A stretch of DNA of 64,000 nt, from positions 249,711 to 313,710 of the forward strand of contig CALODR010000009.1 in assembly GCA_942492175.1 (NCBI GenBank), given 5' to 3'. The translations under genes and the position numbers were made by a program. Below, one piece after another: positions 47,117-57,030 of the stretch; within the stretch, counting starts at the first letter, position 1; every line of letters begins with the position of its first letter. The notes beneath the pieces are model-generated. The model searched no databases. It was not told the DNA's origin and saw nothing but the letters and a program-made list of their open reading frames with translations. This DNA comes from an uncultured bacterium. Lineage in GTDB: Bacteria; Acidobacteriota; Aminicenantia; UBA2199.

Positions 47117-48220
47117 CTATTTGGAAACAAATTTTTTAAAATTAAAAATAGATATTGAGGATATCACAAGGGTGATCAATCCGAGTGAAAGCAGGTCTCC
47201 GTAGAATTGCTCAATTCCGTTACCCTTCAGAAAAATTTCCCTGATAATTTTTATCAGGTAGCTGAGAGGATTTATTCTAGCCAGCCATTTTAATCCTGCG
47301 GGAATATTCTCCAAAGGAGTAAAAAGCCCTGATAGAAGAATGAAAGTGATCATTGAAAATAGTGAGAAAAAGAGGGACTGCTGCTGGGAAGTCGAAAAAA
47401 CTGAAATGATCATCCCATAGGATGATATAGCTGCCAGGTAAATAAGTGCTGAGATCAGAAGATAGATCAGGCTCCCCCTGACAGGGATGTTGAACCAGAG
47501 AACGGCAACCAGAGTGCCGATACAGAGATTTAGAATTCCCATAAGGATCATCGGAAGAGCTTTGCCGATATAGATCTCGAAAGGGTTCAATCTTGATATA
47601 AGGAGTGTGTCGATAGTCTGCTGTTCCTTTTCCCTTACCAGAGATATCGATGTGATGAACACAGTTATCATTGTCAGGAGAAGTGCTACGATTCCAGGGC
47701 CCATATAATTTATGCTTCTAAGTTCGGGGTTGAACCTGATCAGAGGTTTGCTTCTCAAAACAGGAGAGACTCCGAGAGATCTTATATCTTCCAATATAAA
47801 ATTTCTTATTACACCATTAAAATAGCCTGCAGCGATCTGAGAAGTGTTCGAATCCACTCCGTCCATCAGTATCTGAACTTCCGGATATTTTTTTATCTTA
47901 TTCCCCGATTTTACCGGATCCCGGAACACTATGACTGTTTTTATATTACCTTGCCTCAATTCTTTGACTGTATCACGGTTTGTTCTGGAAATGTATTTTA
48001 CGTCGAACAGGTCTGATCCTGTGATCCTGTTTATGATCTTTACCGTTTCTTTTCCGGATGAGAGGTTGATTATCCCAACCGGAACATTCTTCACATCTGT
48101 TGTTACAATATACCCCAGGACCAGCAGCTGGAATATAGGTGCAACTATCATCATAAAAAGGAGCTCACGCTGTCTGCTGATCTCAAGGAACTCTTTTTTC
48201 ATAATGTAAAGGATCTTCAT
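47117..48220 (-). CDS. ABC-2 exporter permease (YbhR-like)
   Basis: KKEFLE, FNPEL, PG, VREKEQQT, LSGLFTPLENIP. Confidence 0.9.
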   Translation of the reverse strand: MKILYIMKKEFLEISRQRELLFMMIVAPIFQLLVLGYIVTTDVKNVPVGIINLSSGKETVKIINRITGSDLFDVKYISRTNRDTVKELRQGNIKTVIVFRDPVKSGNKIKKYPEVQILMDGVDSNTSQIAAGYFNGVIRNFILEDIRSLGVSPVLRSKPLIRFNPELRSINYMGPGIVALLLTMITVFITSISLVREKEQQTIDTLLISRLNPFEIYIGKALPMILMGILNLCIGTLVAVLWFNIPVRGSLIYLLISALIYLAAISSYGMIISVFSTSQQQSLFFSLFSMITFILLSGLFTPLENIPAGLKWLARINPLSYLIKIIREIFLKGNGIEQFYGDLLSLGLITLVISSISIFNFKKFVSK

Positions 48221-49335
48221 TATGCCACCTTCCTCATGTTTGAAAATTTCTTTGCTGCAACGGCGATCAGGATGATACTCATAAGGATCAATATAGCTCC
48301 GTCAGTGACAAAATCAGAAAATGATGCTCCCTTTAATACGACCCCCCTGATGATCTTCAGGAAGTAGGTGGCCGGGACGATACTTGAGATGACCCTGAGG
48401 ACCTTCCCGAGGGAAGTGATGGGGAAAATAAAACCCGATAACATTATTGAAGGGAGCATTGTGGCAAGGAGTGTGGCAAGCATGGCTGTCTTCTGGTCGG
48501 GAGCAGCCATTGAGATCATGATCCCGAGAGAGAGTCCCGTAAATATAAAGATCAGTGAGAAGAAGAAGAGGGTCAGAATGTCTCCCCGGATGGGAAGTCC
48601 GAACCAGAAATTGCTGAAAAGAAGAATAAGTGCCTCAACTAAAAATGAGACGAATATATAGGCAATTGTTTTCCCGATGATTATTTCATAGGATTTGATC
48701 GGAGAAATGAATATCAGATCTATTGATCCCGACTCCTTCTCTCTTGACATACTGAGTGAGGTTAAAAGTGCAGATATCATCATCAGAAGAATTGCATTGA
48801 TCCCGGGAATAAAAAAATAGGCGCTTTTCAGTTCCGGATTGAAATAAATTTTTGTGCTGATGTTAAGCATGTTCCTAATGTTCTGATGGTCCTCAATGAA
48901 GGCCATCAGGATCATTTCATCATACTGGTATATTATATTCGCTGTATTGGAGTCGGAACCGTCTATTATAAACCCGATATCAACAGGCGTTCCGTTCTTT
49001 ACCTTTTCAGAAAAATCCCTGGGGATTATCATTATTTCATGAAGTTCACCGCTTTTTAAGAGTTTTTCATAGGTTTCTATAGAATGGTCATCACCGGCCT
49101 TCGGTCCTGATAATGTGAAATATTTATTATTCAGAAATTTCCCCTGAAGCTTTTCTGAAAGATCCGATTTGGAATAATCGATGATCCCGATGTTAATGTT
49201 ATTGAGATCAAAAGATATTGCATATCCGTAGATAAACACCATAAATACAGGCATAATGAATATGATAATCAGGCTCTTGGGGTCCCTGAGTATATGGTAT
49301 AGCTCTTTTCTGGTTACCGGTTTAATCCCTTTCAT
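48220..49335 (-). CDS. ABC-2 exporter permease (YbhS-like)
   Basis: RKELYHILRD, FNPELKS, REKESGS, LSGFIFPI, PATYF. Confidence 0.9.
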   Translation of the reverse strand: MKGIKPVTRKELYHILRDPKSLIIIFIMPVFMVFIYGYAISFDLNNINIGIIDYSKSDLSEKLQGKFLNNKYFTLSGPKAGDDHSIETYEKLLKSGELHEIMIIPRDFSEKVKNGTPVDIGFIIDGSDSNTANIIYQYDEMILMAFIEDHQNIRNMLNISTKIYFNPELKSAYFFIPGINAILLMMISALLTSLSMSREKESGSIDLIFISPIKSYEIIIGKTIAYIFVSFLVEALILLFSNFWFGLPIRGDILTLFFFSLIFIFTGLSLGIMISMAAPDQKTAMLATLLATMLPSIMLSGFIFPITSLGKVLRVISSIVPATYFLKIIRGVVLKGASFSDFVTDGAILILMSIILIAVAAKKFSNMRKVA

Positions 49336-50056
49336 TTTTTTTCACCGCTTCCTTGAATAGTGTCTCCACGGAATCTACCCGGTGTTCACGGAGCAATTGT
49401 GCCGGTTCCCCTTCTACTATTATGTTTCCCCTGTGAAGGATAACTATCCTGTCTGCATATTCGACCTCGTCCAGGTTGTGTGTTGTCACAAGTATTGTTT
49501 TTCCCTCTTTTTTTAGGGAATAGATATCCTGCCAGAAATTTCTTCTCATCTCGGGATCTACACCGGATGTCGGCTCATCCAGAAGAAGTATTTCCGGTTC
49601 CGGAATGAGAGATGTGAATAATGCAACTTTCTGTTTTATGCCGGGTGGAAGTTTATCCACACTATTATCAATAAGATCTCTTTGTATAATCCCGCTGAGA
49701 TCAGCGATTTTTTTGTTGATCTCTGCACGTTCGAGTCCTGATATTCCTGCAAAGAATTCCACATTTTCCCTTGCACTCAGTTTCGGATAGAGAGAAAATT
49801 TTTGTGACATATATCCCAGCTTTTCCTTTATCCTCTTTCTGAACTTTCCTGATTCCATACCGTCAACGATGATCGTGCCTTCTGTTATTCTGAGCAGGCC
49901 TATGATCATTTTTATTGTTGTGGTTTTCCCTGCTCCATTTGGCCCGAGGAAACCGAGGATCTCTCCTCTCTTTACACCAAAATTTATAGAATTGACGGCG
50001 GTAAAGTTGCCGAATTTTTTTGTAAGGTTTATCACTTCTATTATGTTATCGTTCAT
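49322..50056 (-). CDS. ABC transporter ATP-binding protein
   Basis: GPNGAGKT, LLDEPTSG, TTH; LPPG signature; start moved to ATG 50056. Confidence 0.92.
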   Translation of the reverse strand: MNDNIIEVINLTKKFGNFTAVNSINFGVKRGEILGFLGPNGAGKTTTIKMIIGLLRITEGTIIVDGMESGKFRKRIKEKLGYMSQKFSLYPKLSARENVEFFAGISGLERAEINKKIADLSGIIQRDLIDNSVDKLPPGIKQKVALFTSLIPEPEILLLDEPTSGVDPEMRRNFWQDIYSLKKEGKTILVTTHNLDEVEYADRIVILHRGNIIVEGEPAQLLREHRVDSVETLFKEAVKKNERD

Positions 50057-50057
50057 G

Positions 50058-50966
50058 CTAGTTGCTGTCTCTATTATGGCCCTGTTTCTCGTAATACATA
50101 TAAATATCCTCGAGCGCCGGTTTTTGCTCGGTGACCTCCAGAGTGTCAATGCTGTCCATTAAAATACTTTTCTGTTTCCCGATAAAATTCAGATATTTCC
50201 CCTTGATGAAGAAACTTTCTCCCTGCCCATTTTTCCCCTTTAATTTTTCTACAAGCTCAAAAATATTCTCTTTAGGTAATATTCTCCAGAGACGAAAAGG
50301 GACATCCCTCTTCAACTCACTGATATTTCCTTTTTTTATTATTTCTCCGTCCTTCAGGAATATAATATGGTCTCCATTCTCCGCTTCATCGAGATAGGGT
50401 GTGGATATAAAAATGGTTTTCCCCTCATTCTTAAGCATTTCAATGATCAGAAAGAACTCTATACGTGAGAGGGGGTCGACACCTGTTGTCGGTTCGTCCA
50501 GTATGATCAGTTCCGGTGAAGAGAGGAGAATTGAAGAGAGTGAAAGTTTCTGTTTCATCCCTCCCGAGAGTGCCCCTGCTTTTCTATTGCGGAATTTGAT
50601 CATTCCGGTGTTTTCAAGCAGTCTGTTTTTCAGGCTCTCTCTCCTTTTAAAAGGGACATTGTTTATATCAGCAAAAAAATTCAGATTTTCCTCAACTGTA
50701 AGATCTGTATAGAGTGAAAATCTTTCTGGCATGAATCCTGATATACTTGTGATCTTTGAAAAATCTTTTCTGATAGGTTCATCTTTTATATAAATATCTC
50801 CGGAGTCTGCTTTCTCCAGACCGAGAATTATTCTGAATAGCGTTGACTTCCCTGCCCCGTCAGCTCCAGCTATTATTGTTATTTTAGATTGGGGGAAATT
50901 GACTGAAATTCCATTCAGTGCTTCAACATTCCCAAAGGATTTTGTTATGTTGTTCAGTCTGATCAT
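50058..50966 (-). CDS. ABC transporter ATP-binding protein
   Basis: GADGAGKS, LSGGMKQK, ILDEPTTG, STPY. Confidence 0.92.
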   Translation of the reverse strand: MIRLNNITKSFGNVEALNGISVNFPQSKITIIAGADGAGKSTLFRIILGLEKADSGDIYIKDEPIRKDFSKITSISGFMPERFSLYTDLTVEENLNFFADINNVPFKRRESLKNRLLENTGMIKFRNRKAGALSGGMKQKLSLSSILLSSPELIILDEPTTGVDPLSRIEFFLIIEMLKNEGKTIFISTPYLDEAENGDHIIFLKDGEIIKKGNISELKRDVPFRLWRILPKENIFELVEKLKGKNGQGESFFIKGKYLNFIGKQKSILMDSIDTLEVTEQKPALEDIYMYYEKQGHNRDSN

Positions 50967-50993
50967 TTTACGTTTTTTGTTTTGTGCTTCCTT

Positions 50994-51884
50994 CTATTTC
51001 CTTTTGCTGATCAATACTGTAACAGGCATTCCGATCTTGAATATTTCAAGATTCTCACTCAACCGTATTTTTACTTTGTAAAGGAGAGACTTCCTTTCAA
51101 CTTCCGATACTACATATTTTGGAGAGAACTCAGCTTTCCTCCCGATCTCTGATACTACACCCTTCAGATCCATATCATCCGCTCCATCAACTATTATCTT
51201 TACTTGGGATCCGGTTTTTACTGCAAAAAGTTCCTTCTCTTCAATAAAAATTTCAACATACATTGATCCCCTGTCGAGTATGTCAATAATCGGAGATCCC
51301 GGGAAAACGTTTTCTCCGGTTGAAATAAATTTCTCCATTACTATTCCAGAAACCCCTGATTTTAAATTGTAATCTTCAAGCATTATCCCGAGGTATTCCC
51401 GGTTGTTTGAGAGGACTTTATTTTGAACATTTGACTCTTCCAGCGATTTGTTAATATCGAATAATGTGGTTTCAGCTTCAAGAAGTTTAAGTTTCATCTT
51501 TTCCAGATCATCTCCGGAGACCGATCTGTTTTTGCTCAGCCTTTCAAATTTGTCTACCTGGGTTTTCAGGTATCTGTAATTCCCGTCAGCGAGTCTCTTT
51601 TTTTTATTGAGTTTTTCAACTTTTAACTCCAATCCCTGAAGATTAAGATCTATATCTTTAATTTTATTTTTCAGAGCTCTTGGATCAAATTTTACAAGTT
51701 CATCCCCTGCACTTACTTCATCTCCTTCCAAAGCGCTTATCTTTATTACATTTGAAGCCACCCTGGATTTCATTGTGATGATCTCCCCTTCAACCATTCC
51801 GGGAGCTTTGATGATATCTTTATCTCCATCATTGCATCCGTATATAATTGAGATAAACAAAAGAATTAATATTGCCTTTTTCAT
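50994..51884 (-). CDS. HlyD-family periplasmic adaptor (YbhG-like)
   Basis: Lipobox IYGC; EGDEV, GENV, AEFSPK, GMP. Confidence 0.88.
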   Translation of the reverse strand: MKKAILILLFISIIYGCNDGDKDIIKAPGMVEGEIITMKSRVASNVIKISALEGDEVSAGDELVKFDPRALKNKIKDIDLNLQGLELKVEKLNKKKRLADGNYRYLKTQVDKFERLSKNRSVSGDDLEKMKLKLLEAETTLFDINKSLEESNVQNKVLSNNREYLGIMLEDYNLKSGVSGIVMEKFISTGENVFPGSPIIDILDRGSMYVEIFIEEKELFAVKTGSQVKIIVDGADDMDLKGVVSEIGRKAEFSPKYVVSEVERKSLLYKVKIRLSENLEIFKIGMPVTVLISKRK

Positions 51885-53185
51885 TTTTCCTCCTTTATTC
51901 CAACCATTGTGTTGATCTCCACTTTGACCAATTCAGCCTGCAGGGCCGTTTTCTCTTTGAGAGACCTGAGATTCTCGACGTTAAGAACAGAATCAATATA
52001 TTCCCTGTTGGAGATCTGCTTCTCATTAAACATCATAAGCTTGAGTTCCGACTCCTCAACTGCAATACTGATCATTTCACCATATGTATCAAGCCTTTCT
52101 TTAAGGTTTGTTAATGTTGAAAAGAGGTTGGACAATTGAAGCCCGGTTTTTCGGATCAGATCTTTTTTCAGGTTTTCTGTCTTTTTTATATTATAGTTAT
52201 TGATCCTGTTCTCTTTTACGGTTTTCCCCCAATTGAAGATGTTAAGTTTAACTTCTATACCGCCCTGAAAGTATGAGTTCCATTCATTGCCGATAAAATT
52301 AATGCCGGGGACACCATAATGAACCTCGGCAAATCCTCCAATCCGGGGGAGATTTTTCCCCCTTGTGATCTTCTTGTTTATATCCAGCATATTTTTCCTG
52401 TTTGACAGGATCTTCAGGTTGGGATGATTAAGGACAAACAATTCCATTGAGGATTTATGATCCTTTATGTCTTCTCTATACCCCCTCTCTATATTTTTTA
52501 TGTTATATCCCGTCAGTTCATTGAATGTGGAAGCGATCCTGTTTATGTTGTTCTCAACCTCTTTGATTGAAAGCACGATCTCTTTCTGTTTCAATTTCGT
52601 TTCAAGAACCTGACTTTTTCCGACAAGGTCTTCCTTAAAAAGGTCTTCAAGTTTTTTAAGGTGATTATTTATTCTCTTTTTAAGTGCTGTAAGAGACTGG
52701 TTCTGGCTTTCAAGCATCTGATAGTTAAAGAAAACAGCTTTGATCCTTCCCCCCAGCATTAACTCAAGCAGTTCCCTTTCATTAAGTGTAAGAGCCTGTC
52801 TGAGTTCATTCATGCTGATCATGCCGGAGATGGCATTCCCGGTAAAAATAGGTTGAGTTAAGCTTACTTTAAAGTCAAAATTGTGATAAACACCACCGGA
52901 AATTTTCAGACCTGATATGGACATTCCCGGGGCGATGTTAATATCAGGCATTGCAATTTCTGTTTTGTCAGACTTATACAGATAATATCCGTTGCCGTTG
53001 AGGGTGAAATACTTTTGAGATATTTTTATTTTATTGTCCACCTTTAATATTTTTGATTCCAGATCATTGTTCTGAATCTCTGTGTTTATCCGTATCCCGT
53101 TCTCAATAGCCTGCTGCAGCGGTACAACTGAATGAATGCAGATATAAAGAGCAAAAACCGTTATAAAGATCAGTGTTTTCTTCAT
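51881..53185 (-). CDS. TolC-family outer-membrane efflux protein
   Basis: Signal peptide; SLTQPIFTG, NLPRI, LNIFNWG, long helical repeats. Confidence 0.85.
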   Translation of the reverse strand: MKKTLIFITVFALYICIHSVVPLQQAIENGIRINTEIQNNDLESKILKVDNKIKISQKYFTLNGNGYYLYKSDKTEIAMPDINIAPGMSISGLKISGGVYHNFDFKVSLTQPIFTGNAISGMISMNELRQALTLNERELLELMLGGRIKAVFFNYQMLESQNQSLTALKKRINNHLKKLEDLFKEDLVGKSQVLETKLKQKEIVLSIKEVENNINRIASTFNELTGYNIKNIERGYREDIKDHKSSMELFVLNHPNLKILSNRKNMLDINKKITRGKNLPRIGGFAEVHYGVPGINFIGNEWNSYFQGGIEVKLNIFNWGKTVKENRINNYNIKKTENLKKDLIRKTGLQLSNLFSTLTNLKERLDTYGEMISIAVEESELKLMMFNEKQISNREYIDSVLNVENLRSLKEKTALQAELVKVEINTMVGIKEEK

Positions 53186-53790
53186 TTTAAAATCCCTCTT
53201 TTTAATATATTTTTAACACTTCTAATTCTCTCTTCTATGAACTTCTCGTTTTCAAGATCAACATCAAAAATAACTTCGGGGAATGCTTTAGCGATCAAAG
53301 GGAATATACAAAGGGACATTATGTTCAAAAACAGATGCATCGGTTCCGGCTCAGTGATCTTTCCCTGTTTGTACCATTCCCTGAAAGTGTTTTGGATGTT
53401 CAACGGGATCCCCTTTATGTCAGATTCAAAAACATTCTTCAAGGCTCCTTTAAAATTGATGGGGTTCTGGATAAGGTCCGTACCTATAATTTTCATATAC
53501 TCCCTGTTCCCGGAGAAGAATCTGATATAGTTCTCTGTAAAATTTTCAATAAATATTTCAGGCTTAATATCCGGGATCAAACCTCCGCTGTTTTTTATAA
53601 CTTCGAAAAGTTCGCTGATGATTTTTTTTATTATCTTTTTATACAATTCTTCCTTTGATCCGAAGTAATAAAAGATCATGGCTTTGTTGACACCTGCATT
53701 TGACGCGATGTTCTCGACTCTGGCGCCCGGGTATCCTCCTTTGGAAAACTCTGAGACGGCAGCATTGATAATTTTTTCTTTAGTAGTCAC
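53182..53790 (-). CDS. TetR/AcrR-family transcriptional regulator
   Basis: EFSKGGYPGARVENIASNAGVNKAMIFYYFGSKEEL helix-turn-helix. Confidence 0.95.
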   Translation of the reverse strand: MTTKEKIINAAVSEFSKGGYPGARVENIASNAGVNKAMIFYYFGSKEELYKKIIKKIISELFEVIKNSGGLIPDIKPEIFIENFTENYIRFFSGNREYMKIIGTDLIQNPINFKGALKNVFESDIKGIPLNIQNTFREWYKQGKITEPEPMHLFLNIMSLCIFPLIAKAFPEVIFDVDLENEKFIEERIRSVKNILKRGILK

Positions 53791-53801
53791 TTTACTTCCT
53801 T

Positions 53802-53831
53802 AACCAACCGTTTGGTTTAACCATATGGTTA
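53802..53831. promoter_or_regulatory. Two adjacent palindromes sharing AACCA half-sites (probable TetR operators)
   Basis: AACCAA-CCGT-TTGGTT (53802-53817) and TAACCATATGGTTA (53818-53831), between the -10 box and the tetR start. Confidence 0.7.
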
Positions 53832-53859
53832 GTATAATTCAGATTTAATTTTCTGTCAA
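53831..53859 (-). promoter_or_regulatory. Sigma70-type promoter of the tetR-efflux operon
   Basis: Minus strand TTGACA (53859-53854), 17 nt spacer, TATACT (53836-53831). Confidence 0.8.
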
Positions 53860-53929
53860 CTTTTTTATTCTTTTTATTCTTGACAAGTATTATTTTATTT
53901 GAGAAAATACAACAAAGATAGGAGGTTTC

Positions 53930-54346
53930 ATGGGTGCTGAATTAGGTGCAGGTGCAAAGTCGGAACCGAATGTGGTTCCTCTGTGTGACATTTTACTCGT
54001 ATTGCTGATCATTTTTATGGTAATTACTCCGGTTGCTCAGAAGGGGATTGATATTAAACTGCCGGAAACCAGCACAACTGAAGACCAGAGACAAGGACCA
54101 TCACAATCACTCGTACTGGTTATTGAAAGTGACCTTACTATCACCATCAACAGAGAACCAATTACGAAAGAGATGCTTGAGACGAGACTGAGAGACCTCT
54201 ATCAGACCGATTCGAAGAAACCGTTATTCGTTAAAGCTGACGAAACCGTATCTTATAAAGAAGTTCTTGCTGTAATTGATATAGCAAAGGGAGCCGGTGT
54301 TGAAGTAGTCGGTGTTTACACGGACAGATATCAGACAGGTCAGTAA
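53930..54346 (+). CDS. ExbD/TolR biopolymer transport protein
   Basis: EPNVVPLCDILLVLLIIFMV with the conserved TM Asp; KAD...Y. Confidence 0.9.
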   Translation: MGAELGAGAKSEPNVVPLCDILLVLLIIFMVITPVAQKGIDIKLPETSTTEDQRQGPSQSLVLVIESDLTITINREPITKEMLETRLRDLYQTDSKKPLFVKADETVSYKEVLAVIDIAKGAGVEVVGVYTDRYQTGQ

Positions 54347-54443
54347 AAAAGTAATTTTCAGGAATTTTTCTAAGGTATATTTCTATACAATATTGAAAAA
54401 TTCCCCCATCCGTTGTAGAATATCATAACTGAAGGAGTTAGAA

Positions 54444-54953
54444 ATGAAACTGAAAGAAGATAATCAACTAAATGAGATATCAAAGAAATTTTCCGAAGCA
54501 ATAAAGAAATACACGAAGAAAGAATACAAGGAAGCTGCCGTTGATTTTGGAAACATCATTGAAGAATATAAGGATTCGGAATTTTATAGTGTTCTTGAAA
54601 TTCAGACAAAGTCAAAATCTTATAAGAATATTTGTGATCAAAGGGCAAAAAAAAAGAAAATCGAATCTGATGATGAAGATGAAATACTGAATGAACTCCT
54701 CTTTTCAATAAACATAGGAGATGAAAAAGAATCTGAAAAAATAATAAAAAAGCTTGAAGAAAAAAAAATAAATTCTCCATACTCGATCTACCTGAAGGCT
54801 TTATTCGCATTCAGTCAGGAAGATATTGATGCCGGACTGGGATTGCTGAAAAAAGCTGTCGCTAAGGATGAAAAATATAAAATAATTGCCAACAATGAGC
54901 CGGACCTCCAGGATCTTCAGGAGAATGAGGAATTTCTTACAATCATTGAATGA
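54444..54953 (+). CDS. TPR-like helical hypothetical protein
   Basis: [14 protein letters not shown]...LKKAV helical repeats; stop overlaps the next start. Confidence 0.6.
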   Translation: MKLKEDNQLNEISKKFSEAIKKYTKKEYKEAAVDFGNIIEEYKDSEFYSVLEIQTKSKSYKNICDQRAKKKKIESDDEDEILNELLFSINIGDEKESEKIIKKLEEKKINSPYSIYLKALFAFSQEDIDAGLGLLKKAVAKDEKYKIIANNEPDLQDLQENEEFLTIIE

Positions 54954-55747
54954 AAAATAAAACCCCGGGTAATAAGGATATTAAAGCTTTGATAAGGGGA
55001 AAAGATACCGGTTTCTGGATAAATAACCTGAAGATCAAAGAGGATATTTCAACTATTTCTCTTCCCGAACAGGAAAAGATAATTGTCAGATATCAGGTTG
55101 AATATTATCTTGGAAAAGGTGTTACCTTCAGAGATTACTCCGGATTTTTTATAGAAGGGCTCCCTTCAATCGGGGAGGGAAGTATTATATCCACCGGTGT
55201 ATTCATAGACTCTGATTCTATTATAGGTAAGCATGTTGAGATCTATCCGAATTCATATATTGAAGACTCTGAGATTGGTAATTCCTCTGTGGTACTCCCC
55301 GGATCTGTAATAAGGGGGTCTATTGTGAAGGACAATACTCAGATTGGTCCCTATTCCCACTTGAGAAACGGTGTTGTTATTGAATCCGGAGCAAAAGTAG
55401 GTAACTTCGTCGAGATGAAGAAAACCTTTTTCGGCAAAGGTTCGAAAGCGATGCACCTCAGTTATGTGGGAGATGCAATTGTCGGGAAAGATGTTAACAT
55501 CGGGGCGGGAACCATTACCTGCAATTATGATGGTGTAAAAAAGAATCAGACAATAATCAAGGATAAAGCATTTATCGGCTCCGGGACTGAACTTATCGCT
55601 CCAGTCACTATCGAAGAGAACAGTTATGTTGCTGCCGGATCCACGATAAACGAAAATGTTCCCCCTGATTCTCTTGCTGTTGCCAGGCAGAGGCAGAGGA
55701 TAGTCAAAGGGTGGAGTGAGAGAAAGAAAAGAAAAAAGTCAGATTGA
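54950..55747 (+). CDS. glmU: GlmU C-terminal glucosamine-1-phosphate N-acetyltransferase domain only
   Basis: [47 protein letters not shown]; 265 aa with no nucleotidyltransferase domain. Confidence 0.85.
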   Translation: MKNKTPGNKDIKALIRGKDTGFWINNLKIKEDISTISLPEQEKIIVRYQVEYYLGKGVTFRDYSGFFIEGLPSIGEGSIISTGVFIDSDSIIGKHVEIYPNSYIEDSEIGNSSVVLPGSVIRGSIVKDNTQIGPYSHLRNGVVIESGAKVGNFVEMKKTFFGKGSKAMHLSYVGDAIVGKDVNIGAGTITCNYDGVKKNQTIIKDKAFIGSGTELIAPVTIEENSYVAAGSTINENVPPDSLAVARQRQRIVKGWSERKKRKKSD

Positions 55748-55772
55748 CAATTTTTTTTATTTTATTTATTAT
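55744..55772 (+). promoter_or_regulatory. Sigma70-type promoter of the Hfq-like gene
   Basis: TTGACA (55744-55749), 17 nt spacer, TATTAT (55767-55772). Confidence 0.65.
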
Positions 55773-55794
55773 GCATTGAACCCGGAATTCTGAA

Positions 55795-56082
55795 ATGACA
55801 CGAAAACTTATTAAACCAGATTTGACTGAAGTAAAAAAAACATTTAAAAAAGATGTAAAAAAAAAGACTCCTCCTCCATACAGAACTCACGCTGAAAGCT
55901 ACTATTATGTCAAACAGATGAACAATAAGACAATGCTGGTTATAGAACTTGTCGACAACACTTCTGTAAAAGGGACGATTGAGTGGTATGATGATAAATG
56001 CCTGAAAATAAAAAAAGATGACGGGAGCAATATTATATTATTCAAACATTTTATTAAATTTATCCATAAAGCTGCCGAATAG
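55795..56082 (+). CDS. Divergent Hfq/LSm-like RNA chaperone
   Basis: Sm1-like V.G.IEWYD and Sm2-like ILFKHFIKFI; basic N-terminal extension. Confidence 0.7.
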   Translation: MTRKLIKPDLTEVKKTFKKDVKKKTPPPYRTHAESYYYVKQMNNKTMLVIELVDNTSVKGTIEWYDDKCLKIKKDDGSNIILFKHFIKFIHKAAE

Positions 56083-56090
56083 AATATATA

Positions 56091-57014
56091 GTGGATTATT
56101 TACCTGCTGAAAATGCACTCCTGATCACTTTGGGTGACCCTGAGGGGATTGGCCCCGAGACAATAAAAAAAGCTTTATCCAAATTGAATACTTCAGCACA
56201 GGTGGTTATCCTGGGAAACAAAAAATTCTATAATGACAATTCGATTAAAGTTATTGATGATTTAAAGGATTATGTCTCCGGAAGCCCTGTATTTCTGGAA
56301 GTTAAGACCGGGAATAATGACCCTTCATTCATGTATGTGAAAAAAGCAGTAGAAATTGCTCTTGAGGGACGCGCAGGTGCAATTGTCACAGCACCTATCT
56401 CGAAAGAGAAGTGGATAGATGCAGGGAATTCTTTCATGGGGCATACGGACTTTCTTGTCAGATCTGCCAATGTCAATAAGTGGGCTATGTTCTTCTGGTC
56501 GGAATCGATTAAAGTTGCATTATATACAACCCATATTCCTCTCCGGGATGTTTTCGATGAGATCCGTAAAGATAAAATATCTGAATTCTGCAGGTTTATA
56601 GATTCGGAACTTTTCAGAATTACCGGGAAAAAGTTCGATCTGTTAATGAGTGGCCTTAATCCTCATTCCGGTGAAAGTGGTACGATCGGAAGGGAGGAAG
56701 AGGAAGAAATTGAGCCGGCAGTAAATGATCTGAAAAAAGAGATGCGGATCGAAGGGCCTTTTCCTCCTGATACAATTTTTCTCGAAGCCGTAAAAAGGGA
56801 AAATCCTGTGATTATTTCACTATATCATGATCAGGGCCTGACACCTTTTAAATTGCAGAATATTAATTCCGGAGTGAATATGACCCTCGGCCTTCCATTT
56901 ATAAGAACATCTCCTGATCATGGGACTGCTTATGATATAGCAGGGAAAGGTATTGCAAATCCCGGAAGTATGATAGAAGCTGTCAGACTTGCTGAACAGT
57001 TATTGAAAGTATAA
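56091..57014 (+). CDS. pdxA: 4-hydroxythreonine-4-phosphate dehydrogenase
   Basis: TLGDPEGIGPE, TAPISK, GHT, GLNPHSGE, YHDQGL, RTSPDHGTA. Confidence 0.93.
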   Translation: MDYLPAENALLITLGDPEGIGPETIKKALSKLNTSAQVVILGNKKFYNDNSIKVIDDLKDYVSGSPVFLEVKTGNNDPSFMYVKKAVEIALEGRAGAIVTAPISKEKWIDAGNSFMGHTDFLVRSANVNKWAMFFWSESIKVALYTTHIPLRDVFDEIRKDKISEFCRFIDSELFRITGKKFDLLMSGLNPHSGESGTIGREEEEEIEPAVNDLKKEMRIEGPFPPDTIFLEAVKRENPVIISLYHDQGLTPFKLQNINSGVNMTLGLPFIRTSPDHGTAYDIAGKGIANPGSMIEAVRLAEQLLKV

Positions 57015-57030
57015 AGCTGAAATTTTATTC

